Source of the DNA: Octopus sinensis
Taxonomy: Eukaryota
Direction of reading: 5' to 3'
DNA: 51,541 nt
Assembly (NCBI RefSeq): GCF_006345805.1
Contig: NW_021829596.1
Coordinates: 1-51,541 of the forward strand
The notes beneath the pieces are model-generated. The model searched no databases and was not told the origin of the DNA. It was given only the letters and a program-made list of their open reading frames with translations. Both the position numbers and the translations under genes were made by a program. Shown here piece by piece: positions 24,993 to 37,742 of this stretch; the stretch's first letter is position 1; each line of letters starts with the position of its first letter.

Positions 24993-25701
24993 ATTTATAT
25001 ATATCTCAAATTTGTTTACTGGAAACGTTAATTGATGTTTAGCAGAAGGTTATTTATCCCTTTCGACCAGTGTGAAGGTTGATTGAGTTATGTATATGTG
25101 TGTATGGGAGGGGGCGTATGTGTGTGTGTGAGTGTGGGTATGCATATGTGTGTATGTGTGTGCGTGCATACGTGTGTGGGCGTGAGTGTGAGCGCGCATG
25201 TGTGTGTGTGTGTGTGTGTGGTGTGTGTGTGTGTGTGTACTATTATTACTTTACTAAGGAATTAGGCGTTGTTTTTCCTGATTCTGGATTTACAAATATT
25301 CGTTTTAATTATGCCAGTTAAGTTAGAGCATAAATATTCTCTGCTCTTTATTTTTCATGTCAATCTCTTCCGTCTATTTAAGAGTCGAAGTAGGACTAGT
25401 GCTGTCGTGCTTCCTTAATTGCACATTAATTCCTTGAACTATCGTTATCCTTAGGCCATCGGCACTAGGTGTTTGTTTAACTTCTCTTAAAATTAAGTTA
25501 ATTCTAATGAATCATGAATTTATTTTGTATCGTATTTAGTGTAACTTAATTAATCTTTGTTGTTCAAATTCTTATCTTTGGCCACTCTCTTACTTCAATT
25601 TCGTTACATACATACGTACACACATTCACGCACATACATACAATTATACATACACACACATATACACAAACATACATACATACACACATATATATATACA
25701 T

Positions 25702-25734
<33 letters not shown>

Positions 25735-26099
25735 CACACACATATACATGCACACGCATACATAAACATGTATCTATATATACACATATAAACATGTGTA
25801 TGTGTGTTTGTGTGTCTATATTTGTCTAATTTAATTCGTTTCTTTGTTATTTACTATGTCCTACAGTGGTTTAATATTTAGGAGTTCCTTGGGGGAAGTA
25901 CTTTTCCTTACATGATTATCTTTTATCTTTAATTAATTGAATGAAAATAACCGCGTAACTACTTACTTCTGCTAGCCTTTCCATGTTATCTTAAATTTCA
26001 TACTCCTACCTACCTACCCTACTACCCTACCTACATGCATCCCATACATGCATTTAATATATGATAATATAATAGATATATATATATATGAATATATAC

Positions 26100-26344
26100 A
26101 TTATCATAGACATATGAATATACATATACATAAATATAATATATGATATATATATATATATATATGTATATTCAATATAATATATATGTCTATATCCATA
26201 CATATATGTATATATATATGTATATATATATATATAGATATATATATACTATATATATATACATTATGTATGGATATACATATATATATACATATATATA
26301 TTATATATATATATATGAATATACACATATATATATATATATAC

Positions 26345-26380
<36 letters not shown>

Positions 26381-26529
26381 ATACATGTTATATAGATATA
26401 TACACATATATACATGTATATATATATATAACATATATACATGTATATATATATATATATACACATATATACATGTATATATATATATATATACCACATA
26501 TATACATATATACATATATATATATATAC

Positions 26530-26565
<36 letters not shown>

Positions 26566-26614
26566 TACATGTATATATATATATACACATATATATATAT
26601 ACATATATATATGG

Positions 26615-26665
<51 letters not shown>

Positions 26666-26666
26666 T
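26100..26666. repeat. (TA)n/(TACA)n low-complexity tract
   Basis: Direct reading. Confidence 0.95.
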
Positions 26667-27035
26667 ACTAGCAGTTTCGCCCGGCGTTGCTCGTGTGTTT
26701 GTAAGGGAACAACTATAAAGCATTTTTAGAGTTATAGCCAAAAAATGGAAAAAAAAATGATGGTAAATTTTTTTAGTTAAATTTTTTTAGTTGCGTCCCC
26801 TAGACAGTCTGTGGTTTTTGTTTCTGATTCTCGACCCCATGTCGAATTTATCGATTTTTTTCAGAACTGGGGGAACTTTTCAAAATTTTAGCTGCGTTAG
26901 TTTTGAATTATGACATTGGGCTATGTGTGTGTCAAGTTTCATCAGAATCGGTTGAAAGCTGTGGTCAGGGTGAGGGTACAACCTGACAGACACACAGAAA
27001 CACACACAGACAAACTGCCGTTTATATATAGAGAG
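26667..27035 (+). mobile_element. Non-autonomous Helitron-like element (Lep1/DINE-1-like layout)
   Basis: Starts ACTAGCAGTTTCGCCCGGCGTTGCTCG; has a CAAGTTTCATCAGAATCGG segment and a CAGACACA-type microsatellite near the 3' end; inserted in TA. Family call is by resemblance. Confidence 0.65.
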
Positions 27036-27481
27036 ATATATGAATATACATATATATATACATATATATATATACATAATATATAGTGTGTAATATATAT
27101 ATATATGTTTGTGTGTGTGTGTGTGTATGTGTATATATATGTATACACACACATACACACATATATATGCTATGTGTTCTGCATTTGTGCTGTTTCCTAA
27201 TTACTTCTTGTATACGTTAATTGCGAGATATTTAATTTATGTGCAGTAGAGGATGTTTAGATTCGTTATTTTTTTTTTTCATTATATTTAAGCATTTGTA
27301 CTTTCATGTATACTGTATTACAGTTTGTTATATAAATTAACGTTCGTGCACATTCGAAGGAGTGTCTGGTTCTCATTGAGATAATTCTATATTTTCCCCA
27401 CTGCAGTTTTCAAAGTCGTCACTCGTTGACTCTATAACTACCTGAATTGATTAATGTCTGCATATACGGGTTTATTACTTA

Positions 27482-27787
27482 TGCGCCCTTTTGAAGTCTA
27501 GCCAGGCTCATGGGCCCGGTTTCCCGGTTTCTATGCCGTATGTGTTCCCTCCCCCCATGGACGGGACGCCAGTCCATCGCAGAGTCACTCAAGAAACAGG
27601 AAGAAAGAGCGAGAGAAAGTTGGGGCGAAAGAGTACAAAAGGGGTCGCCACCAGCCCCTGCCGGAGCTTCGTGGAGCTTTTAGGTGTTTTCGCTCAATAA
27701 ATACAGACAACGCCCGGTCTGGGAATCGAAACCACGATTCTCCGACCGCGAGTCCGCTGCCCTAACCACTGGGCCATTGCGCCTCCG
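27482..27787 (-). mobile_element. SINE family C, full length
   Basis: Homologous to 13623-13925. Confidence 0.9.
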
Positions 27788-27974
27788 CATATACTTGTAT
27801 GCTAATCATATGTATGTGCGTCTTGTGCATATGTGTCTGCGTATTAACTAATACTATGTGTACATGTATTTTAGTACACAATCGTGTGTGCTTATTGCTG
27901 TTTATGTGTGTGTGCGTGTATGTATTCCACATGTATCTTGGTTGGTGTGCAGGTTTTCAACTCAGGAACGTCGG

Positions 27975-28480
27975 ATAAAGAACCTCGTGAATGTTTTACA
28001 GATTCTTATTGTGCCTCTAATCGATCGTAGTTGGAGAATTCGAATCGGTTTGCTGTTTTGGGGTGTTTGGGGTGTGTATGAAAGGACTCTCAGTGATTCT
28101 ACGCAGATCTGTTGTTACGTGCCCCAAACGCACCTATCATAATGGGTACAAATGAAAATCTGTACGTATCCTTCATATAAGGTATGTAGGGTTCTCCCTG
28201 GTTCTCCATATATGTTTTCCTTTTTCTCAATATTTTGATGCAACATTCACATCTACCGGGCACCCATTCTCTATCACTGGCTATCATGACTTTAGCTATG
28301 TGATCCCTAGAACGATATCCGGCCAATTATGCTTACACTGGTTCGCTCTTTTTATTGAAACATTCCTTTCTTTTTTAAGGTGTTGATACATTCTGCTTCT
28401 GGTGTGCCTTTGGTACAGTCGGCAAGACAATCTTTCCTCTCAGTAACGTTTCAGAAGGTTTTCACGATAATGTCAACTCT
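27975..28480 (-). mobile_element. 3' fragment of an RLE-clade LINE (PD-(D/E)xK endonuclease)
   Basis: Across frameshifts reads QCKHNWPDIVL, VIENGCPVDVNV..EKENIYGE, RFSFVPIMIGAFG and LQLRSIRGTIRICKTF. Confidence 0.7.
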
Positions 28481-29141
28481 CAATTAGTTTTTGTGACATT
28501 TACAAAGACTACTTTTAGTTATTAAAGTAATTTCGGTGAAAGTAATGTTGAAGTAATTTAATTAGGCAATTTTTTTTTTTAATATGAGAGCTATAGTTTG
28601 AAATATCAAAAATATACTTCAAAAACTTTGCTAATGTAGTGAGTTCCACACTACATTCAACTAAATTAATTAAATAGCTACAAATAAATTTTGTAATTAT
28701 TAAATTATTGGCAATGTTTCTACGTGACTCATAGAAACAGGTGTAAAGCAAAAGAGACAAAATTTTAAAAATATCGTGGTGATCGTTTGTTTTTAACTCT
28801 TGCAAACAAATAAATGTGTGCGTATGTATGATGAAATATGTAGATACTTATACGCATACATACATACACATAGACATACACACACACACATATATATACA
28901 CACATACATACACAAACATACACACATATCTATATAGGCATATATTTAATTCTTTATGCATATAGGAATTTATATGTATATATCTGTATACAAACATGTA
29001 GGGTTATAAGAACACATAAATATATATCCATGCGTATATTTGCGTGTTTGTATATCTATGCATATATATATACATACATATATATATTCTAATATATATA
29101 CATATATATAACATATAATATATATTTATATATATAAATAT

Positions 29142-29196
<55 letters not shown>

Positions 29197-29309
29197 ATAT
29201 TTATATATTTATATTATGTATATATATTATTATATATATATATTATATATAATATATATATATATATTATATATATATATATATTATATATATATATTAT
29301 ATATTATAT

Positions 29310-29384
<75 letters not shown>

Positions 29385-29444
29385 AATACGCACGTGTGCT
29401 GTATATTTGTTTATGTATTATTTTCTCATTTTAACTTTTTCCAG

Positions 29445-29564
29445 GTTTATTTTCTAATAGACCAGCATGAACACAATGAGTTATTTCTTCAAAATCTTAT
29501 CTGTCATTTCTCATTAACTATTTGTACTCCTGAATTTTTTTTTTGCAGTTTCTATTTTACACAG
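29445..29564 (+). CDS. Possible plus-strand exon (120 nt, phase 0-0)
   Basis: Acceptor ttttaactttttccAG, donor CAG|GTAAAT, one open frame; pyrimidine-rich content lowers confidence. Confidence 0.2.
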
Positions 29565-30165
29565 GTAAATTTTTGACGTCGTTTCTTACGTAATACATAT
29601 TATAAAGCAGAGGATTTCTACATTTCATAAACGTTTGTTTACTGTACTTCAGTTTGGCTGATACGATCTGCTAATCTCATTAGTGTACCTACTAAAAATT
29701 CCAGTCTCTCTAACTATTTGGTTTCACTTCTAAATGTCGAATACTTTACATTTACAGCTTTTAGATAAACGCTACTTTTGATAGTATTATGGATTAAGTG
29801 TTTGGTTACTTCAAAATCTGTTCTCACTTTCTTCACCACACTACTTCTATACAAAACGACTCTTTGTTTTTCTATTATTACATATATTTTTTTTCATTTT
29901 TATACTTTTACCATCTCATAAATATAAAAATGCATGTGTGTGTGTGTGTGTGCGTGCGTGTATATATTTACATACATATATTAATGCTTGTTTTCATATC
30001 AAGTGATGTATAAAAACAATTCAGCATTAAACGGAAGGATTATTCACAACTCGTAAGGAGAAGACGTGTTATTAAACTTTTACAAGAAAAAGATTGACAG
30101 TGATTTTCTAGTTTCCGCTTACTAGCCTACGTCAAACTGAACATATATATATACATATATATGCA

Positions 30166-30211
<46 letters not shown>

Positions 30212-30213
30212 AG

Positions 30214-30265
<52 letters not shown>

Positions 30266-30384
30266 CTATATATATACATATATATATATACATATATCTA
30301 TACATATACATATCTATATATATATATACATATATATAATATCATATATATATTATATATATATATGTGTGTGTGGTGTATATG

Positions 30385-30423
<39 letters not shown>

Positions 30424-31398
30424 TCTCATTGTATTACAAGTTTTCAAGTTTTTACTTATATTCTCTCGTGTGTTCCTATATGTACAGTCGATCAAAATTT
30501 CATCATATATTGATTGGATATTCTTGTTTTTAAGTATGATTGGACTTTTTTCCGTTCTTAATAGACAACTGTACTTTAATTATGAATCAAAATTTGGTTC
30601 TTTCATCAAAATACTTAGATGGTGAGCATGGCACTTTGATAAGTAAGAATAAAATAAACAACTTAAGCGTGATAATTTCAAATTCCGAACTCATAAAATC
30701 CGCCCCCAAAACTCTTAGAGAAAGTTCAAGATGGTTTGTTTAATCCAATTAGAACTATAAAATTTTGGAATAAGCTAAGCATCTTATAGAACTGCGTAAG
30801 AAGATTAAAAACAACAAAGACTTCAGTGATGGCCAAGAACATTCAGATAACACATACATCCGTCATTATATTAATACAGAGACATATAACAGCTTTGTTT
30901 TGAATACTTGAAGCAAATATATTGTTAAAATTTAAAAGAAAAAAATACGAACCCTAGTTTGGACACCCTTAAGCATACCAACTACTTGGATATGGAAAGC
31001 AAAAATCAAACACACGACCTCACTGTCCCTCTATTTGCCTAACATTACCGATTTAAATTTGAAAGATCACAAGGGCGATTTTAATAGAACCCTATTAGCA
31101 GCTAGCTCAACGCCAGATGCATTTGTTGGTGTTTATCAATGGCGTGTACTTACGGCTCATCGCATGATTAGACGAATTTTATCTACCTCCTTTATATATT
31201 GTGATTTTAAACACAGCACGCTCATAAGTTATGTTATCGCTGGACGAATACCGCAGTAAAATTTCCTTTCAATGATGTTTTTACGTTAAATATGGTGCAT
31301 AGAAATCTGTTTTAATCTAGTATTGCCCCTGTTTCATATATCGTATACATATGTGTGTGTGTGTGTGTGTTTGTGTATGTGTGTGTATGTGTGTGTGT

Positions 31399-31437
<39 letters not shown>

Positions 31438-32689
31438 GTGCGTGTAGAAAGAAAATTATTCTTCTGGGCAACTATGAGACGTATGTTCTGTTAAAGAGAA
31501 AGAGCCATACTACCTCTGCCAAACAGATCCCAACAACATGATCAGAGATCTTGCTTCCACAAAGTTCAATTCCGAATACTTGATCAATTGGTTTGACTGG
31601 ATAGGCGAAAATGCTCAAGTCACAAATTCAACGAATCCTCACGTTGGTTCTTCTAGGATTTTTTTCTACCAAAATGTTGTTAGTTCATTCCAAGCCATCT
31701 GAGTAGCCCAAACAAGCGGCGCTTCATCATTAACAACTCATTCGAAAAATTCAAAGTTGTTCTGCTCCGTAATAAGAGGAACAATCTGTCTCTTCCTCTG
31801 GTTAGCTTTGGCACCTCAGAAAAGAATACACCAGCGTCTGATTTCACTAGATGTCTTGGACTATAATGAACACGACTTTATTTTATATCTTCGACTATAG
31901 TGAATATGACAAGAAGGTTATCGGAGACTTCAAAATTGTGGTATTACTGATGGCTTTCAAAAGCAGATTTCTCATGTATTTCAGCTATCTTTGCCTTTCG
32001 GCAGTAGAGGCACCCCGGCACACTATTACTCGCGGCACTGTCTATGACAGACCGAGTCAGAAACAAAGACAATTAGGGACAATTTGGACCCAAGATGGTG
32101 TTTCTCCCTTCACAGCAGATAAACTTGTGCTTTATGAAGCAATTTTTCACGGCTCTTGATAAGGTATCTGCAGCTTTAAATGCTTTTAACACTGCTTCTC
32201 TAAGTGGTCTGAAGTTACGGTCAAAAGAGGTGTCTTTGTTGGACCATAGATGAAGAAGATGCTAGGCTACACACATTTTCCCATATGTTCATCATATAGG
32301 AGGAGATAGTGATTTAGGGCTCCCTGCTAAATCACAAGGCAGAAAACTGTGTGAACTGGATGAGATTCCGGTGAAGAAGTGCAGAAAAGTGGCCGGCAAG
32401 ATGTCCCTGAAATTTCGTGTCTTTGAGCTCAACTTAATAAATTCAAGAACATGGAAACAGACTCAGGAGAAAGACGATTGGTTCTAGGGAACTGTAACGG
32501 ACCACTCATTCTGCATAGTCGTCATGTTGGATGTCGAAGCAGCAAACATCGTTGACTTAAGGTGGCTATGAACCAGGAGATGTAAATCCTGGAAGAAATA
32601 GAACTAACTGGATACAAGCAGGGGTTTGATCAACTCTGTTTGGTCGTCTAACTGAGAGTGACTAGTTGCTGAAAGATCCAAAACACCCA

Positions 32690-32885
32690 ATGATTTCAGA
32701 AAAACATCAGCAATGATATATTAAGATGATGTATGAAAAACTATATTGGTGTAACATCTCAAGGCTACAATATTACTATTGTTATTGAAGCTCTTGGAAT
32801 ATCAAAAGGAGCAAACAAATATGTTGATAAAATTCCTGATTTACCTCCGGGCACTTTACATATTTTGCATAAATTGTCACCGTGT
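32690..32885 (+). mobile_element. 3'-end fragment of an R4-type LINE
   Basis: IVIEALGISKGANKYVDKIP..GTLHILHKL resembles the RLE C-terminus (IGALG...GTAHILRR). Confidence 0.55.
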
Positions 32886-33229
32886 AAATGCAATTTTATT
32901 CATTCAGTATTGCTATATATTTTATAAAGATTTTTCTTACACTTAAGCATCAATCTTTTCAATTACATAGCACCTCACCTGTTAACATGTTTAGATGCAA
33001 AATATTTATGCAGCTTGTATAAATTAAAGCAAAGCCCAAACACAACAACAGCAACAGCAACAACAACAATAATTTCTCACAGGTACACGATCTCAAATTT
33101 GGTGGGTGGTTGCAGAATAAAATATACACGTATGAAAAAGGATTTAAGGAGAAATATTTTAGACGCATGAAATACTTATAGCCGTTAAATGAGAAAAGAA
33201 TAATAAGGTAATATATTCACAGTCTCGGT

Positions 33230-34260
33230 AATGTTAAAGCTGTAATATTCTTAACTGAACGCTAAAAGAATTAGAAAGACTAAAGAGAAACAAAACAAGA
33301 AAATGGTGACTGTATTTCGAATATCCCTCACAAAAGCTAAGGCAGAAAGATAATATTGTCTACGAATTGAGGGAAGAAAGGGCCTAATGCAATTAGAAAA
33401 CTTGTATACACTACTTAAGAAGATTAATAAATGTGTAACAAAGCCAACAAATACAAAGCAGAGGATAAAGAAACTGACAGCTCTAAGGAGGAAAGAAAAA
33501 CGACAGAAATTCTGAAATCTTAAAACTCAAGTTAGAAGTGAATTTATAGAACGCCATGTTGAAATGACGACAAGAAAAGCCCTTTCATGACCAAAAGCTG
33601 GAATAAAACTAGGCAGAGAGAAATCATAGCACTGGGTGAAAAGCGCAGGAGTTAAGCACAGAGGTTGCAAGATCAATTTTTTCCACCAAAAGCATGTAAT
33701 TAATCAAAAGATTACTTTAACTGCTAAATCTATGAAGGTCGGGTAGAAGGAATAAATCAATTAGGCCTTTGATAACGCAGTCTCTGCAAAAAAAAGATAT
33801 ATCGGCAGGTATGATAGAGTCTGAGTGTACATACACTGGAAGTTATACCGGCATTATGAAATAGCAACAGAAAAGATATGCTATAAACATACATGAGAAG
33901 AAGTCTCTGAGAATGAAAAGGCAACCAACTCTGGGACAAGCAATTCCACACAGAGATATCAAGTTTAATTAACCTGACATTGATGTTAAGGACTCGTAAG
34001 AAAAGGAAGTACCTCCTAATCGAAGTATCAGCCCAAACAGTCTCTATAAAATAAATTATCCCAGTGTAAAGATCTGGAAGTGATAACCTGAATGTAGGGA
34101 TTGAAAACCAAGATATCCCCTATAATAATTGGTGTGTTGGAAATAATTAAATTTATGCATTTACATAACCAAAATTGCAAATATGCGGAGCAAACAAAAA
34201 ATAGCATAGTCGGCACTGCAAACTTGTTACCTAGAGAACTCTCTAGATACAAATAAAATA
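33230..34260 (+). mobile_element. Decayed R4/Dong-type LINE, post-RT, zinc-knuckle and RLE region
   Basis: Reads KAER*YCLRIEGRKGLMQLEN, RYIGRYDRV*VYIHWKL, PDIDVK and IIIGVLEII, ending GTANLLPRELS*. Confidence 0.75.
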
Positions 34261-34293
34261 AGTATGCACTATATATATTTTCTCAATTTTCGT

Positions 34294-34357
<64 letters not shown>

Positions 34358-34374
34358 TATATTTATATATATGT

Positions 34375-34563
34375 AGGGAGAGTTTAAGAAAAAACAAAAG
34401 ACGAAGACAGGTGGTGTACAAAACAAACAGATGTATTAGTATAACGCTCAGGAATAGAAAAGTATTTTACGTTTCGAGCCTACGCTTTCTTCAGAAAGGG
34501 GACAAGAAAAAAAACAAGAGAGAGAAAAAAAGGAGAGAAAAAAATGTGTGTAGTGGCTAACTA
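34375..34563 (-). mobile_element. Short hammerhead-bearing Penelope-like repeat in (TA)n (copy 2)
   Basis: Homologous to 24814-24992. Confidence 0.75.
34464..34498 (-). ncRNA. Minimal type I hammerhead motif, core nucleotides intact
   Basis: Minus strand CTTT-CTGAAGA-A-AGC(GTAG)GCT-C-GAA-ACGT-A-AAAT; palindromic ACGT stem III; GUA cleavage triplet. Confidence 0.65.
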
Positions 34564-34977
34564 TCTATCTATATATCCATTTAAAAGCAGAAAAGAAAAT
34601 GGAGTTTAGGAAGTTAATTGTTTATTGTTAACAACAGATTGGTCGACTTCGCTTCTTACAACCGTTTCAATTAATACTCAATCATTTAATTACAAATTTG
34701 TACATTAAATTTACATTCATGTGGCATGAGTATGATTTCATCAGATGAAAAACGATATGCCTTTGGATATCATATATTCAGCAGATTGAATGTTACGTTC
34801 TATGCTTTGTAAACTGTTGGTGCCTAAATGTATATATGAATATATATCTTCACACACAGATGCGTATACGGGCATTTCTACGTACAGCTAATCATACATA
34901 CACATACACGCACACATACGCCTATACATGCATAAACACACACACGGGTACATGCATACGCCTTTACAGACATACAC

Positions 34978-35015
<38 letters not shown>

Positions 35016-35100
35016 CGTGCATATAGACACACACATATATAAGATATATATACGAGTCCACATATAGGCATGTATATGCACACATATACATATGTATATC

Positions 35101-35313
35101 CTTTTCTCCTCTAGGCATAAAGCACGAAAATTTTGGGAAGGGAGCCAGTCGATTAGATCGACCGCAGTAGGCAACAGATACTTAATTTATCGACCCCGAA
35201 AGGATGAAAGGTAAAGTCGACCTCGGCAGAATTTGAACTCAGAACGTAAGGACAGACGAAATATCGCTAAGCATTTGGCCCGGCGTGCTAACGTTTCTGT
35301 CAGCTCGCTGCCT
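35101..35313 (-). mobile_element. SINE family B (alternative tail), minus strand
   Basis: Reverse complement begins AAGGCAGCGAGCTGACAGAAACGTTAGCACGCCGGG. Confidence 0.88.
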
Positions 35314-35437
35314 TATATATTTATACATACATACATACATACATACATACATACATACATACATACATACATACATACATACATACACATATATATATAC
35401 ACACGTTTATGCATACATATACAAGCATACGCACACT

Positions 35438-35469
<32 letters not shown>

Positions 35470-35555
35470 CGTACGTGGGTATACATTTATATAGACACAC
35501 ATAAAAAAATATATAGAAGTGTCAACATATATGTACGTATATACACACACCATAC

Positions 35556-35598
<43 letters not shown>

Positions 35599-35992
35599 TA
35601 TAATAATATACATACACATACGCACCATATACATATATATAAACACGCAGGTGTGCATCCATGCACACCCACGTACTCATATATACGCATCAACTCGTAT
35701 ATATACGCGCACCTGTATAAACGCAGATATACCTATGCATACGTACGTACATGTGCAAATACCCACATATGTATATATACATACATACACATACACACAT
35801 AGACGTGTATACATCTATTCATGCACATACTTATGTAAATAAATGTGGGTCCACATAAATACACGCTTAAAATATATCTCCATATATCCATAAATAATTA
35901 CGTATGTGTGTGTAGGCATACTTTCGCAATAAGTACAAGAAAAAGGAAAGTTTTTGTTCAGCTATTTATTCCCCACTCTGTGCATATATGTG

Positions 35993-36023
<31 letters not shown>

Positions 36024-36047
36024 ATATATATATATGATCTTATATAT

Positions 36048-36122
<75 letters not shown>

Positions 36123-36123
36123 G

Positions 36124-36187
<64 letters not shown>

Positions 36188-36188
36188 G

Positions 36189-36480
36189 TGGAGGCATATG
36201 GCCTAGTGCTTAGAGCAGCGGACTCACGGTCGAGGGATCACGGGTTCGAATCTCAGACCGGGCGATGTGTGTGTTTATGAGCGAAACACCTAAGCTCCAC
36301 GCGGCTCCGACAGAAGGTAATGGCGAACTTCTGCTGACTCTTTCGCCACAACTTTCTCTCACTCTTTCCTCCTGCATCTTGCAACTCACCTGCGACGGAC
36401 CGGCGTGCCGTCCAGGTGGGGAACTTATACGTCAAGGAAACCGGGAAAACGGCCCTTATGAGCCGGGCGTGGCTTGATAA
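36189..36480 (+). mobile_element. SINE family C variant
   Basis: GGAGGCATATGGCCTAGTG head, GGGTTCGAATC B-box, family C body. Confidence 0.85.
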
Positions 36481-36550
36481 GTAACAAAAAACAAAACAAC
36501 ATATAACTAGCTAGCTAGCTAGCTAGATAGATAGATAGATAGACAGATAT

Positions 36551-36623
<73 letters not shown>

Positions 36624-36862
36624 AGATAGATAGATAGATAGATAGATAGATATAGCTAAACCACGTGATGCGGCGAATGCATTCAGTAAAATTGAGACAG
36701 CCGAATAATAGTAATTTCTAAAGAGATTTCTACAGATTTTCAGAGTCAGCACTGAAAGTTTTGACCTTTCGTTTACGAATACGTCAATGTAAACAATGCG
36801 TTCAAAGAAAATAAGTAATGAGTATATAATGGACATTTCAAGAGTTTTTATTCCTCCTTCAG

Positions 36863-37000
36863 CACCAAAACCAAACCATTAACCATCCACAAACATATTG
36901 CTGAAATAACCACTAAATTTAGTGGTGCGATCCAATTGGATATACCGACTTTGCATATTAAATACATTCTTGGCAACTTGTGCGTACATCTTAATTGCTG
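36863..37000 (+). CDS. Possible plus-strand exon (138 nt, phase 2-2): TKTKPLTIHKHIAEITTKFSGAIQLDIPTLHIKYILGNLCVHLNC
   Basis: Acceptor tttttattcctccttcAG; one open frame; donor TG|GTAGGG just before an in-frame TAG. A minus-strand ORF (36848-37042) competes. Confidence 0.28.
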
Positions 37001-37119
37001 GTAGGGACACTGTACTTCGTTATGGAACCATATTGGTTGCATATCATGGTTGTATAGCGAAATACGGTGTCGCTACCAGCAATTAAAAATGATAATATAT
37101 ATACTTCTGATAATGATAT

Positions 37120-37164
37120 TAGTAGTAACAATACTAGTAGCAGTAGCAGTAGTAGTAGTTATAC

Positions 37165-37216
<52 letters not shown>

Positions 37217-37340
37217 TATACTAGCAGTAGTAGTAGTAGTAGTAGCAGCAGCAGCAGTAGCAGCAGTATAAGTAGTAGTAGTAGTAGTAGTAGCAGCAGC
37301 AGCAGTAGTAGTACCAGTAGTAATAGTAGTAGTAGTAGTA
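37120..37340. repeat. (AGT)/(AGC) compound microsatellite
   Basis: Direct reading. Confidence 0.95.
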
Positions 37341-37688
37341 ATACGATGGCCTAATGAATAGGAGCGAATGAATCACAAAACTAGACGAAAACAGATCAGA
37401 AATCTGAATTCTTCCTATTCTGACCCAACATGTCGTGCTCATCTTTTTGTTTTCCTTTTTATAGCCATTTCTACGATTTCTAACGGCTATCACGATATTG
37501 CACGTCTGCTGCCTTCGATTTAAATATTGGTGATGGATACTTCAGGAAATTGGTTCATGCATTTTGAATGATGATCGTCATCGCATCTCTGAACTTTGAT
37601 TTGCATCTCACTCACTCTCTCTTTTCTCTCGCTCTCTATGCTCTCCTTCTCTCGTTCACGCTCTTTTCTTTCTCACTCTCCAATTCTT

Positions 37689-37742
<54 letters not shown>

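Noticed and set aside
22262-25316. Short plus-strand AG..GT segments (22262-22322, 25259-25316)
   Set aside because: Short and AT-rich, expected by chance; joined products look compositionally non-coding.
27947-28520. Plus-strand open frames VFNSGTSDKEPREC.. and VDTFCFWCAFG..
   Set aside because: Largely antisense to a decayed RLE LINE 3' fragment.
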